A stretch of DNA of 64,000 bases from Longimicrobiales bacterium. GTDB lineage: Bacteria > Gemmatimonadota > Gemmatimonadetes > Longimicrobiales > Gaopeijiaceae. Where the stretch lies: contig OZ241869.1 of assembly GCA_965202805.1 (NCBI GenBank), forward strand, positions 1,888,001 through 1,952,000, in the 5' to 3' direction. Shown piece by piece: positions 30,014-39,523 of this stretch. Below the pieces are notes generated by a model. It was not told the DNA's origin, ran no database searches, and saw only the letters and a program-made list of their open reading frames with translations. The position numbers and the translations under genes are program-made. How positions within the stretch are numbered: position 1 is the stretch's first letter; each line of letters opens with the position of its first letter.

Positions 30014-33000
30014 ATGAGCCCGAACGAACGCAATCACGGCGAGCCCGGCGGCCCGATCGCCTACATGGCGAGCAACGGCATTGCGGCCAATCTCCTGATG
30101 ATGGGCATCATCGCCGCCGGACTCGTGTCGCTGACGGGCCTCGACCGGGAAGCCTGGCCTACCACCCCCTTCTACCATATCGAAGTCTCGATGGCCTATC
30201 CCGGTGCCACGCCGGAGGAGATCCAGGAGTCGATCGTCGTCAAGATCGAGAATCAGGTCAGCGGGCTGGATGACGTGAGGGCGGTCAAGTCTGTAGCGGC
30301 CCCAGGCATGGCTTCCGTGCGGGTCCAAATGGATTCCCGTACAGACATGGCTCTGGCCCTGGACGATATCGAGTCTGCCGTCAATCGCATACAGTCCTTC
30401 CCGCTCGGCGCCGAACGTCCCCGGTTCCAGGAGATGGACAACCGCATGAGCATGATGCGGCTCATTGTCCACGGCGACATCTCCGAGCGCTCGCTGAAGG
30501 AGATTGCGTATCAGATCGAAGACGACCTCACCGCGCTGCCCTCCGTCTCCAAGGTCGAGGTCAGCGGCGTCCGGAACTACGAGATCTCCATCGAGGTGCC
30601 GCTTCGCCGCCTGAGAGCCCTCGGACTCACGCTCACCGATATCGCAGGTGCGATTCGACGCAGTTCGCTGGACCTGTCGGCCGGCAGCATCAATACGCGG
30701 GAGTCCCAGGTTCGGGTGCGAACCCTCGGGCAGAACTATAACCAGCAGGATTTCGAGGAGATCGCGGTTCTCAGCAGCCGCGACGGCACGGTCGTGCGCC
30801 TCGGCGATATAGGCAAGGTCCGCGACGGCTTCCAGGAAGCGGACCTGATCGTCCGCCATCAGAACCATCCCGCCCTTTTTGTCGAGGTCTATCGGGCCGG
30901 TGGCGAACATGTGATGGACGTGGCCACGACCGTCCGCGAGCACCTGGCGAACGAGGTGATTCCGGCACTGCCGGACGGCGTGGGCATCACCATTTGGAAC
31001 GACGAATCCCAGGCGTACGAGGAACGCGCCGATATTCTCCTGAAGAACGGTATCCTGGGCCTGTTGCTGGTGCTGATCGCCCTCAGCCTGTTCCTCCAGA
31101 TCCGGCTCGCCCTGTGGGTTGCCGTGGGCCTCGTCGTTTCGGGTATCGGCGCCCTCGCCGTAATGATGGCCTTCGACGTGGCGATCAACACCATCAGCCT
31201 GTTCTCCTTCGTCCTCGCCATAGGGATCGTCGTCGACGACGCCATCATTGTGGCCGAGCACATACAATCCGAACGCAGTCGGGGGGTACCCGGCGTCGCC
31301 GCGGCGATCCGCGGTGTCCGGAGGATCAAGGTACCACTGACGTTCGCAGTGCTCACCTCGGTAGCAGCCTTCGTCCCGCTGCTGTTTATCCCGGGCGGTG
31401 TCGGTGACGTATGGCGGGCCTTGCCGATCATCATGATCGCCATGCTGATGGTTTCCCTGGTGGAATCGCTGCTGGTGCTGCCCAACCACCTGTCGCACCT
31501 GCCCGGCCCGAACTGGGTGCCGGCCAATGCGTTCGACCGATTCTTCTCGCGGCTCCAGAGTCGCGTCGACTCGAGGCTGAGCCGGTTCGTGCAGGGGCCC
31601 CTCGACCGGGCCCTGCGGTACGCCACGGATCGGCCCGGCGTGACGATGTCGGGTGCCGTCGGAATACTCGTGCTGAGCATCGCCCTGCTGCCCGCGGGGA
31701 TCGTTCCCACGACGCTGGCCGACGACGTGGAAGGTGATTTCGTGACGGTCGTTCTGGAGATGCCCGATGGGGCCACCGCTCCAAGAACGTACGAAGTGGC
31801 GCGGGAGCTGGAGGCGGCGGGCCACCGGGTCATCGAACGGCTTTCCAGCGATCGGCCTGCGGATGCGCCACCTCTGCTGACCGGCGTTACGGTGACCGTC
31901 GGACTGGGATCGAGAATGGAGGGCGGACTCAACCCGGAGCCCACTCTCAATCCGCAGCCCAATATCGCCACCATCGAGTTCAAGCTCCTCGGCGCGCAGC
32001 AGAGACGGATCTCCACCGGAGAGGTCGTGCAGGCGTGGCGGGAGGAGGTGGGTGTCCTGCCCTACGTGCGCGGCATCACTTTCAGCGGCGAGATCTTCAC
32101 CCTGGGGAACCCGGTCGAGGCCGTACTGTCTCATCCGGACCCGGAGCGCCTCACACTGATCGCAGACTCGGTAGTAAGCGGACTCCGCAGGGTGGAAGGG
32201 GTATACGACATACGGTCGGATCACGCCCCGGGCATCCCGGAAGTTCAGCTGGCGTTGCGCCCGGAAGCCCGTAGCCTCGGTCTCACCCCGGAAGACCTGG
32301 CGAGACAGACGAGGGCGGCGTTCTTTGGCGCAGAAGCCGTTCGGGTGCAGCGCGGCCGTGAAGAGGTAAGAGTCTACGTGCGCCTGCCCGAGGACGAGCG
32401 GAACTCCATTACCGATATCGAAGGCTACCTGGTCCGCACGCCGGGCGGGGACGAGGTGCCGATCATCAGTGCGGCCTCGCTGGGCCCCGGCTTGTCGCCG
32501 TCGGCCCTCCGGCGCAGGGATGGCCATCGCGTCGTCACCGTCACGGCCGATGTGGACGCTTCGGTGATTTCCGGCGACGAAGCCAACGATATCCTGGCCG
32601 GTTCGATCCTCGCGGATCTGACCGCCGCGTACCCGGGCCTGACATACACGTTCGGGGGTGAGCAGCAGCAGCAACTGGAGTCCATCGACTCGCTCTACCG
32701 TGGGTTCGCGGTCGCGCTGATCATGATTTTTGCGCTCCTCGCCATCCCGCTCCGTTCATATACCAAGCCCTTCATCATCATGGCCGTGATCCCGTTCGGG
32801 TTCATCGGTGTGATCCTGGGCCACTGGATCCTGGGAGTAGCCCTGAGCGCCGTATCCTTCATGGGGATCTTCGGCCTCAGCGGGGTGGTGGTGAACGATT
32901 CCCTGGTGATGATCGACTTCATCGACCAGAAACTCAGGTCGGGGGTCGCGCCGAAGACGGCGATCGTGGAGGGTGCCAAGGGACGCTTCCGTCCGATCAT

Positions 33001-33208
33001 GCTCACTTCCGTGACCACGTTCCTCGGCTTCACGCCCCTGATCCTGGAGCGCGCAATCCAGGCCCAGTTCCTGATTCCCTTTGCGGCGTCGCTCGGTTGC
33101 GGCATTCTCTTTATCACGGCCATTCTCATGATGGTTGTTCCGGCGCTATACACCCTTCATCTGCGTCTGGTGCTTTCGTGGCGTCGATCCGGCGGCGTTG
33201 CCGCGTAG
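30014..33208 (+). CDS. RND efflux transporter permease (AcrB/AcrD/AcrF family)
   Basis: 1064 aa; YPGATPEEI, GIVVDDAIIVAE, GVVVNDSLVM, RFRPIMLTSVTT. Confidence 0.93.
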   Translation: MSPNERNHGEPGGPIAYMASNGIAANLLMMGIIAAGLVSLTGLDREAWPTTPFYHIEVSMAYPGATPEEIQESIVVKIENQVSGLDDVRAVKSVAAPGMASVRVQMDSRTDMALALDDIESAVNRIQSFPLGAERPRFQEMDNRMSMMRLIVHGDISERSLKEIAYQIEDDLTALPSVSKVEVSGVRNYEISIEVPLRRLRALGLTLTDIAGAIRRSSLDLSAGSINTRESQVRVRTLGQNYNQQDFEEIAVLSSRDGTVVRLGDIGKVRDGFQEADLIVRHQNHPALFVEVYRAGGEHVMDVATTVREHLANEVIPALPDGVGITIWNDESQAYEERADILLKNGILGLLLVLIALSLFLQIRLALWVAVGLVVSGIGALAVMMAFDVAINTISLFSFVLAIGIVVDDAIIVAEHIQSERSRGVPGVAAAIRGVRRIKVPLTFAVLTSVAAFVPLLFIPGGVGDVWRALPIIMIAMLMVSLVESLLVLPNHLSHLPGPNWVPANAFDRFFSRLQSRVDSRLSRFVQGPLDRALRYATDRPGVTMSGAVGILVLSIALLPAGIVPTTLADDVEGDFVTVVLEMPDGATAPRTYEVARELEAAGHRVIERLSSDRPADAPPLLTGVTVTVGLGSRMEGGLNPEPTLNPQPNIATIEFKLLGAQQRRISTGEVVQAWREEVGVLPYVRGITFSGEIFTLGNPVEAVLSHPDPERLTLIADSVVSGLRRVEGVYDIRSDHAPGIPEVQLALRPEARSLGLTPEDLARQTRAAFFGAEAVRVQRGREEVRVYVRLPEDERNSITDIEGYLVRTPGGDEVPIISAASLGPGLSPSALRRRDGHRVVTVTADVDASVISGDEANDILAGSILADLTAAYPGLTYTFGGEQQQQLESIDSLYRGFAVALIMIFALLAIPLRSYTKPFIIMAVIPFGFIGVILGHWILGVALSAVSFMGIFGLSGVVVNDSLVMIDFIDQKLRSGVAPKTAIVEGAKGRFRPIMLTSVTTFLGFTPLILERAIQAQFLIPFAASLGCGILFITAILMMVVPALYTLHLRLVLSWRRSGGVAA

Positions 33209-33239
33209 TGCATCCCGGATGCGGGGAGGCGAGAAAACG

Positions 33240-35273
33240 ATGACTGACAAAGCGGAGAGTCCGGGGACTGAACCCCTGAGCCTGGTCGACGAACTCATCC
33301 TGATGCTTCTCGACGACAAGAGCGGTTACTTTCACCAGGTATCCGGCTGGCAACTGAACTGTGCCGTAGTCGGCGGAGTGCTGGCGGAACTCTCCTTCCG
33401 GTCGCGGCTCGACTCGGACCTGGAATCCCTGTTCGTCGTGGACCGGGCCGAAACGGGAGATCCCGTCCTGGACCCCATTCTGAAGGAAGTTGTGGACGAG
33501 CCGGGCCAACACAATGCCCGGTACTGGATCGAACGTCTCGCCCCCCTTGCGGAGTCGGTCATCGAGCTGACTCTGGCGCGCCTGGTTGAACGGGAGATCC
33601 TCCAACACCACGACGGCGATTTCTGGACGCTGGCTCCCACCGTCCTGCATGGGCAACAGGACGGGATGTCTGCCGAAGACGCGTCCAACTCGTTCATCAA
33701 GGTGCGCATCGGCCAGGTTCTCTTCGGCGACGAGATTCCCACCCCGCGGGACATCGTCATCGTATGCCTCGTCAACACGTGCGACCTCTTTCGCACGATT
33801 TTCCAACTCGATGAAAGGGTGGAGGAGCGGATCCAGCACATCTGCCAGATGGACTTGATCGGTCGGTCCATCGCCGATGCGGTCTCTCGGAACCTCGTCG
33901 GCCCGATCCGCAGACGTTCTCCTCTTGCCAGGAGGATTCCGACGGTTCGACTGTCCAGGCTGCTGGGGAACCCGCATGTCCGAGACGGCAACCTGAGCGC
34001 CTTGTTCGGGAATCTCGCGGAGGAGTACGGCCCCGTGTTCCGCATCCGCCCTCCCCTGGCAAAGCCCATGATCTTCCTGGCCGGACTCGAGACGAACCGC
34101 TGGGTGCAGAAGCACGGGCGTGCGTACCTTAGAACGAGGGACTACTTCGGTGACTTCGAGAGAGTGTACGGCGCGGCCGGCGTCCTGCCCGCCCTGGACG
34201 GCGCCGATCACTTCCGGCTTCGCAAGTTCCTGTCGCCGGCCTATTCTCGCGCGAGGCTGGAAGGTCAGGTGGACAAACTCTACGACAAGGGGCGCGCGTA
34301 CATGGCGACCTGGACCGTTGGGGATTCCTACCGCGCCACGTCCTTGTGCCGGGCGCTGATCAACGCCCAGCTTTCGCCGCTGTTCATCGGCGTCGATACG
34401 CAGGATCTCATGGACGACCTGATGGTGTACAAGGAACGCGCCCTCAGCGTGCACATCGCCAGAACCCTGCCCAAATTCACACTGAATACCCCAGGCATGA
34501 AACGCCGGGCGAGAGTCCTGGACACACTGATGCAACGGGTGTTGCAAGCCAATCCGCCCGCCCGCCGGGCCGAGCCCCCGCAGAACCTGGTGGACGACTA
34601 CCTCAGCCTGCACGCGAGCGACCCGCAGTTTCTCCCGGAGTCCAACCTGCTCTTCGCTTTTTCGGCAGCCCTGATTGCCAGCGTGTACCTCGGTGATACG
34701 TTCAGCCTCACGGTCTACGCCATGGCGTCGCAGCCGGATCTTTACGCCAGGATCCAGGCCGAAGCAGATGCCCTGTTCGCCAACGGCGATCCCGAGAAGG
34801 AGGATTTCACCCCCGCCAGCATCGATGTGACGCGCCGCTTCCTAATGGAGTGCGTGCGCATGTACCCGATTGTGCCCATGTCCATTCGGAACGTGATGAA
34901 TACCTGCATGGTCGAGAACCACGAGCTGCCTTTGGGGGAACGGATCCACGTCGCCATGACCGCCACACACTACATGAGCGAGGTCTTTCCCGAACCCCAC
35001 AAGTTCGACATCGACCGCTTCCTGCCGTCGCGCCGTACGCATGACAGCCTCGGGTTCGCTCCGTACGGGCTGGGCACGCACAAGTGCCTTGGCACGCGGT
35101 GGATGGAGATGCACCTGGCGGTCAACCTTCTGATGCTCGCGCACTACTTCAAGATCGAGGTGTCGCCGGCGAAGTACGTGCGGAAGCTCCGATTCAATCC
35201 CTTCCCGTCGATGAAGCCGAGCAAGAAGCTGAGGTTCCGCATCTCGGAGCAGCGACGCGAACTGCCCGCCTGA
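33240..35273 (+). CDS. GPP34/GOLPH3-like domain fused to cytochrome P450
   Basis: N-terminal LSLVDELILMLLDD...GGVLAELSFRSRL...TGDPVLD...LARLVEREIL; ECVR (ExxR), FPEPHKFDIDRF, YGLGTHKCLG heme Cys. Confidence 0.88.
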   Translation: MTDKAESPGTEPLSLVDELILMLLDDKSGYFHQVSGWQLNCAVVGGVLAELSFRSRLDSDLESLFVVDRAETGDPVLDPILKEVVDEPGQHNARYWIERLAPLAESVIELTLARLVEREILQHHDGDFWTLAPTVLHGQQDGMSAEDASNSFIKVRIGQVLFGDEIPTPRDIVIVCLVNTCDLFRTIFQLDERVEERIQHICQMDLIGRSIADAVSRNLVGPIRRRSPLARRIPTVRLSRLLGNPHVRDGNLSALFGNLAEEYGPVFRIRPPLAKPMIFLAGLETNRWVQKHGRAYLRTRDYFGDFERVYGAAGVLPALDGADHFRLRKFLSPAYSRARLEGQVDKLYDKGRAYMATWTVGDSYRATSLCRALINAQLSPLFIGVDTQDLMDDLMVYKERALSVHIARTLPKFTLNTPGMKRRARVLDTLMQRVLQANPPARRAEPPQNLVDDYLSLHASDPQFLPESNLLFAFSAALIASVYLGDTFSLTVYAMASQPDLYARIQAEADALFANGDPEKEDFTPASIDVTRRFLMECVRMYPIVPMSIRNVMNTCMVENHELPLGERIHVAMTATHYMSEVFPEPHKFDIDRFLPSRRTHDSLGFAPYGLGTHKCLGTRWMEMHLAVNLLMLAHYFKIEVSPAKYVRKLRFNPFPSMKPSKKLRFRISEQRRELPA

Positions 35274-35284
35274 GGCGCCACGGA

Positions 35285-36331
35285 ATGCGGCTGGGCGAAC
35301 TGTCGAAAGCGCTGTGGGATGCGTCCCGGGGATCGGGCGTCGCGCGTCGCGTGCGACACTTCGACGGCTGGGTCAACCGGGCGGTGCCGGAGGCCGGAGG
35401 CGCGGGCGGTTACGACCACGCGGAAACGGTCAGGGACTACTACGAGCTTTGCAACGGCTTCATGGTGTGGAGCTGGGGCGAATCCCTGCACTTCGCGCCC
35501 CTTTCGCCCAACGAAAGTCTGGAGGAGTCCAAGGTCCGGCACCAGCGCGCGATGATCTCCAGGTTGGAGCTGGAACAGGGCATGACGGTGGTCGACATTG
35601 GTTGCGGCGTCGGCGGCCCCTTGCGCCGTGTCGTTCGCGAGGCCGGCGTCAGGGTCGTGGGAATCAACATCAATGAGATCCAACTGGCGGAGGCGAAGAG
35701 GTTGAACGCCGAGGCGGGGCTCGATCATCTGGTGGATTTGAAGAGGTGCAGCTTCATGGACATGAGCGCCCTTGAGGACGACACCTTCGACCGGGGCTAC
35801 GCCATGGAGTCAACATGCCATGCGCAGGACAAGCAACGCGCCTTCGCGGAGATACTCCGCGTGCTGAAACCGGGTGCCCTGTTCTGGGGTCAGGAAATGT
35901 GTCTGACGGACCGGTTCGATCCGACGGACGGACGGCACCGGGCTGTCAAGCAGGATCTCATGCGCGGTATTGCGCTGCACGATATCGCCACGTTCGGGGA
36001 AGTGAACCGCGCGCTCGAAGCCGCGGGATTTCAAGTCATCGAGGGAAGGGACTGGAACGTCCAGGAGGGACCCTCCACGCCCTGGTATCAACCAATGGAG
36101 AGTCGCCACGGGACATTGGGGAACGCCCTGCGAAGGCTTCCCTGGGGCCGCAAGGCGATCATCGCGGGATCGAAGCTGGCCGAGGTATTGCGGATTTTTC
36201 CGAATGGTTCGACGGAAGTCGTTCGGCTCCTCGATCGAACCGCGGAGGCGTACGTCGCGGGCGGCAAGACGGGTATCTTCACGCCGCTGTACTGTTTCCT
36301 GGCTCGCAAACCCCCAGACTCGACGGGCTAG
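35285..36331 (+). CDS. sterol C-24 methyltransferase-like (ERG6/SMT family) SAM methyltransferase
   Basis: YYELCNGFMVWSWGESLHFAP, DIGCGVGGPLR, AMESTCHA, ILRVLKPG, GGKTGIFTPLYCFLARKP. Confidence 0.85.
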   Translation: MRLGELSKALWDASRGSGVARRVRHFDGWVNRAVPEAGGAGGYDHAETVRDYYELCNGFMVWSWGESLHFAPLSPNESLEESKVRHQRAMISRLELEQGMTVVDIGCGVGGPLRRVVREAGVRVVGININEIQLAEAKRLNAEAGLDHLVDLKRCSFMDMSALEDDTFDRGYAMESTCHAQDKQRAFAEILRVLKPGALFWGQEMCLTDRFDPTDGRHRAVKQDLMRGIALHDIATFGEVNRALEAAGFQVIEGRDWNVQEGPSTPWYQPMESRHGTLGNALRRLPWGRKAIIAGSKLAEVLRIFPNGSTEVVRLLDRTAEAYVAGGKTGIFTPLYCFLARKPPDSTG

Positions 36332-37424
36332 GTCGCTCGATCCGTTCCTCTTTCCGTGCTCCTTTTCGAGATCGCATCGTCGCCACGCCCAGACTTAATT
36401 CCGGATAGAACTGACGGCAATACAGGCGGTACTTGCCGATCGGGCCGTCGGCCCGGCAGAGACGCGGCGGAGACCGGTAGCGCTTCCGCTCCCAGATGAC
36501 CACGTCCTGCGCCACGAACCGTCTCTCTTCATGCATCACCATGCGGTTCATCAGCCTGTTGCGGAGCTTCCTCGGCAGGAATCCCATGCCCACGATGTAC
36601 CGCCCCGGCTTCCGGACCTCCCGCGCCTGGCTGACCAGGGTCAGCTCGACGAACTCGCCGTCGACGGGGGTCGAGAGGACCCACAGCCTGGAGTCCATGC
36701 CGATCGTCTTCTCGTGGAATTCGACGAACGAGTAACCCAGTCCATGGACATGCGTGACGGTCGACACATCGGAGACGACGTCGATCAGCCCCGCGATGGT
36801 GTGGACGCTCCTGAAGTCGAAGCAGCTCTTCAGGTACGCGCCGTCGATCGAGAAGGCCGTCGGTTCCACGTCGTGGTAGCCGTGCGTGTACTCCAGGTGC
36901 TCCACGTCCACCGAGTTCTCGGTCGTTTCCTGCGGATGGCCCCGGAAGCGCATGGTGGCGAATCGCAGTCCGCTCCAGTCCGCGCCCGCGGGTGGCTCTT
37001 CCGGCAGGCGCCACTGCGGTTCCCGTCCGCCGGCGCCATACCAGGCGAAGACCATGCCGAGGATCTCGGTGGTCTCGTAGAGCTTCAGCTTCGCGGCCCG
37101 GGGCGGCGGGGCGTTGGGCGTGGCGACGCACTGGCCGGTGGTGTCGAAGGTGAAGCCGTGGAAGGGACAGACCAGGCAGCCGTCCCGGATGGTGCCGCCG
37201 GCCGCCGGCCCCAGGTGCGAGCCCAGGTGGGGGCAGAACGCGTCGGCCACGCAGACGCGGCCGTCGTCGTCGCACCAGGCGACGATCTCCTCGCCCATCC
37301 AGGTCTTCTCGATGAGCTTCTCTTTCCGCAGGGTCTCGCGGGTCGCGATGAAGTACCATCCCTCCGGGAACGGAGGAAGTTCATCGAGGCGGCGCGGGAC
37401 CCGGCCATTGCTGTTGCCGATCAT
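36279..37424 (-). CDS. Rieske non-heme iron oxygenase, KshA/Neverland (steroid 9alpha-hydroxylase / cholesterol 7-desaturase)-like
   Basis: FPEGWY, CPHLG...CPFHG Rieske; ENSVDVEHLEYTH iron site; QDVVIWERK...DGPIGKYRLYCRQFY. Confidence 0.85.
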   Translation of the reverse strand: MIGNSNGRVPRRLDELPPFPEGWYFIATRETLRKEKLIEKTWMGEEIVAWCDDDGRVCVADAFCPHLGSHLGPAAGGTIRDGCLVCPFHGFTFDTTGQCVATPNAPPPRAAKLKLYETTEILGMVFAWYGAGGREPQWRLPEEPPAGADWSGLRFATMRFRGHPQETTENSVDVEHLEYTHGYHDVEPTAFSIDGAYLKSCFDFRSVHTIAGLIDVVSDVSTVTHVHGLGYSFVEFHEKTIGMDSRLWVLSTPVDGEFVELTLVSQAREVRKPGRYIVGMGFLPRKLRNRLMNRMVMHEERRFVAQDVVIWERKRYRSPPRLCRADGPIGKYRLYCRQFYPELSLGVATMRSRKGARKEERIERPSPSSLGVCEPGNSTAA

Positions 37425-37762
37425 CTGGCTCCGCCCCGGTGGAGTGGCGAATGGCGGCCGATCAGACTCATGGGACCCCCCGTAAAGGCTCGTGTGACCC
37501 AAGCTAACTGTTGCTGCCTTCGGCTCCTGCGGCCTCCGCAAATGTCGCGCCACGCGCGCAGTTTGGCAAACACCTGCGACATAATGCTGAAATTATGCGA
37601 CGATTTCGTGTGACGGCACCTGATTCATCCGCAAGATGTTGCCCGAACGTCACGCCGCACTCACCGTCATGTGGATGGTGCAGCCGCAACGCTGTGGAAT
37701 GGTGCAGCCGTGACGCCTGTGGAAGCGGCTGGCGGGGCCCAACTGACCGTAGGAGGTGACTC

Positions 37763-39457
37763 ATGTCCGAGATGAATCGACGCACGTTTCTGGGTGCGGG
37801 CGCGGCGGCTGGCGCCCTGGCCGCGTTTGGCGGCTGCACTGCTCCGGGCGGGGAGGCCGGTGCGGATGGTGACGCGAGTGCGGGGAGCGGTGGCGGGGGC
37901 CAGGAGAGCGCCCCGGGCGGCGTGCCGGACTTCGCGCTGGACGAGATCACGATCGATGAGGTCCACGAGGGCATGCGGACGGGCGAGTACACCTGCCGTT
38001 CGATCACGGAGATGTACCTCGATCGCATCGAGGCGCTGAACCGCCAGGGGCCGCGGCTGTTCGCGGTCCTCGAGGTGAACCCGGACGCGCTCGAAATCGC
38101 CGACGCCCTCGACCGCGAGTTCCAGGCCTCGGGGCCGCGGGGTCCGCTGCACGGCATCCCCCTTCTCCTGAAGGACAACATCGATACGGCGGACGGGATG
38201 ACGACGACCGCCGGGTCGACGGCGCTCGCGGGGTCGATCGCGCCGCAAGACGCCTTCGTGGCCGCGCGGTTGCGGGAGGCGGGCGCGCTCCTGCTCGGCA
38301 AGGCCAACATGAGCGAGTGGGCGGGCTGGAAGTCGTTCGAGTTCGGGGCGTCGGGCTGGAGCGGCCGCGGCTGGGACGGCGGACGGGGCGGCTTCTGCAG
38401 GAACCCCTACGCGCTCGACCGCACCCCGGGCGGGTCCAGCTCCGGGTCCGGGTCCGGCGCGTCGGCCAACCTGGCGGTGGCGGCGATCGGCTCCGAGACC
38501 GACGGCTCCATCGTCGGCCCGTCGTCGCGCAACTGCCTGGTCGGCATCAAGCCCACGATCGGGCTGCACAGCCGGGGCGGCGTCATCCCCATCGCCCACA
38601 GCCAGGACAGCACCGGCCCGATGGCGCGCACCGTGCGCGACGCCGCGATCATGCTCGGGACGATGGTCGGCGTCGACCCGCGCGACCCGCTGACCGCCGC
38701 GAGCGCGGGCAACTTCCTGACCGACTACACCGGGGCGCTGGACCCGGCCGGGCTGGGCGGCGCGCGCGTCGGCGTCCTGCGCGAGTACGCCGGCTTCGAC
38801 AGCCGCGTCGACGCCCTCTTCGAGGAGGCGCTCGAGGTCATGCGGGCGGAGGGCGCGACGGTGGTCGACCCCGTGACGCTCCCCGGGGAGCTGCGCTTCG
38901 GCAACGAGTACGAGATGGAGGTGCTGTACCACGAGTTCAAGGCCGACCTGAACGCCTATCTCGCCTCGCTGGGTCCCGACGCGCCGATCAAGTCGCTCGC
39001 CGAACTCATCGAATACAACGAGGCGAACGCCGACCTGGAGCTCGCCCTCTACGGGCAGGAGCTTCATGTGCGCTCCCAGGAGCGGGGGCCGCTGACCGAC
39101 CAGCGCTACATCGACGCGCTCGCCGCGAGCCACCGCCTTTCGCGCGACGAGGGGATCGACCGGGCGATGGACGAGCACCGGCTGGACGCGCTCGTCGGGA
39201 TAAGCTCCGGCATCCCCGCCATGCAGGACCCGCTCGACGCGTCCGGCGGGGGAGGCGGCGGATGCTCGACGCCCCCGGCCATGGCGGCCTATCCCAACAT
39301 GTCGGTGCCCATGGGGTTCATCCACGGGCTCCCGATCGGGATGTCGCTCTGCGGCCGCGCCTGGAGCGAGGCGACGCTGATCCGGCTCGCGTACGCCTTC
39401 GAGCAGGCGACGAACGTGCGGCAGCCGCCGACGTTTCAGGCGACGGTGCGGGTGTGA
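37763..39457 (+). CDS. amidase with Tat signal peptide
   Basis: AGGAGG RBS; NRRTFLG; KDNIDT, GGSSSGSG, GSETDGSI. Confidence 0.92.
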   Translation: MSEMNRRTFLGAGAAAGALAAFGGCTAPGGEAGADGDASAGSGGGGQESAPGGVPDFALDEITIDEVHEGMRTGEYTCRSITEMYLDRIEALNRQGPRLFAVLEVNPDALEIADALDREFQASGPRGPLHGIPLLLKDNIDTADGMTTTAGSTALAGSIAPQDAFVAARLREAGALLLGKANMSEWAGWKSFEFGASGWSGRGWDGGRGGFCRNPYALDRTPGGSSSGSGSGASANLAVAAIGSETDGSIVGPSSRNCLVGIKPTIGLHSRGGVIPIAHSQDSTGPMARTVRDAAIMLGTMVGVDPRDPLTAASAGNFLTDYTGALDPAGLGGARVGVLREYAGFDSRVDALFEEALEVMRAEGATVVDPVTLPGELRFGNEYEMEVLYHEFKADLNAYLASLGPDAPIKSLAELIEYNEANADLELALYGQELHVRSQERGPLTDQRYIDALAASHRLSRDEGIDRAMDEHRLDALVGISSGIPAMQDPLDASGGGGGGCSTPPAMAAYPNMSVPMGFIHGLPIGMSLCGRAWSEATLIRLAYAFEQATNVRQPPTFQATVRV

Positions 39458-39472
39458 GGGAGGGCGGTCCTT

Positions 39473-39511
39473 AACGGGAAAAACGAAAGTTGCGCTTTTG
39501 ATTTTCCCGTT
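39473..39511. promoter_or_regulatory. inverted repeat upstream of DUF4143 ATPase
   Basis: AACGGGAAAA ... TTTTCCCGTT, ending 12 nt before the ATG. Confidence 0.55.
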
Positions 39512-39523
39512 TATGTTGTCTTC

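Noticed and set aside
30014..37424. De novo sterol or hopanoid biosynthesis cluster
   Set aside because: No cyclase, squalene synthase or epoxidase in the window; only tailoring-type enzymes
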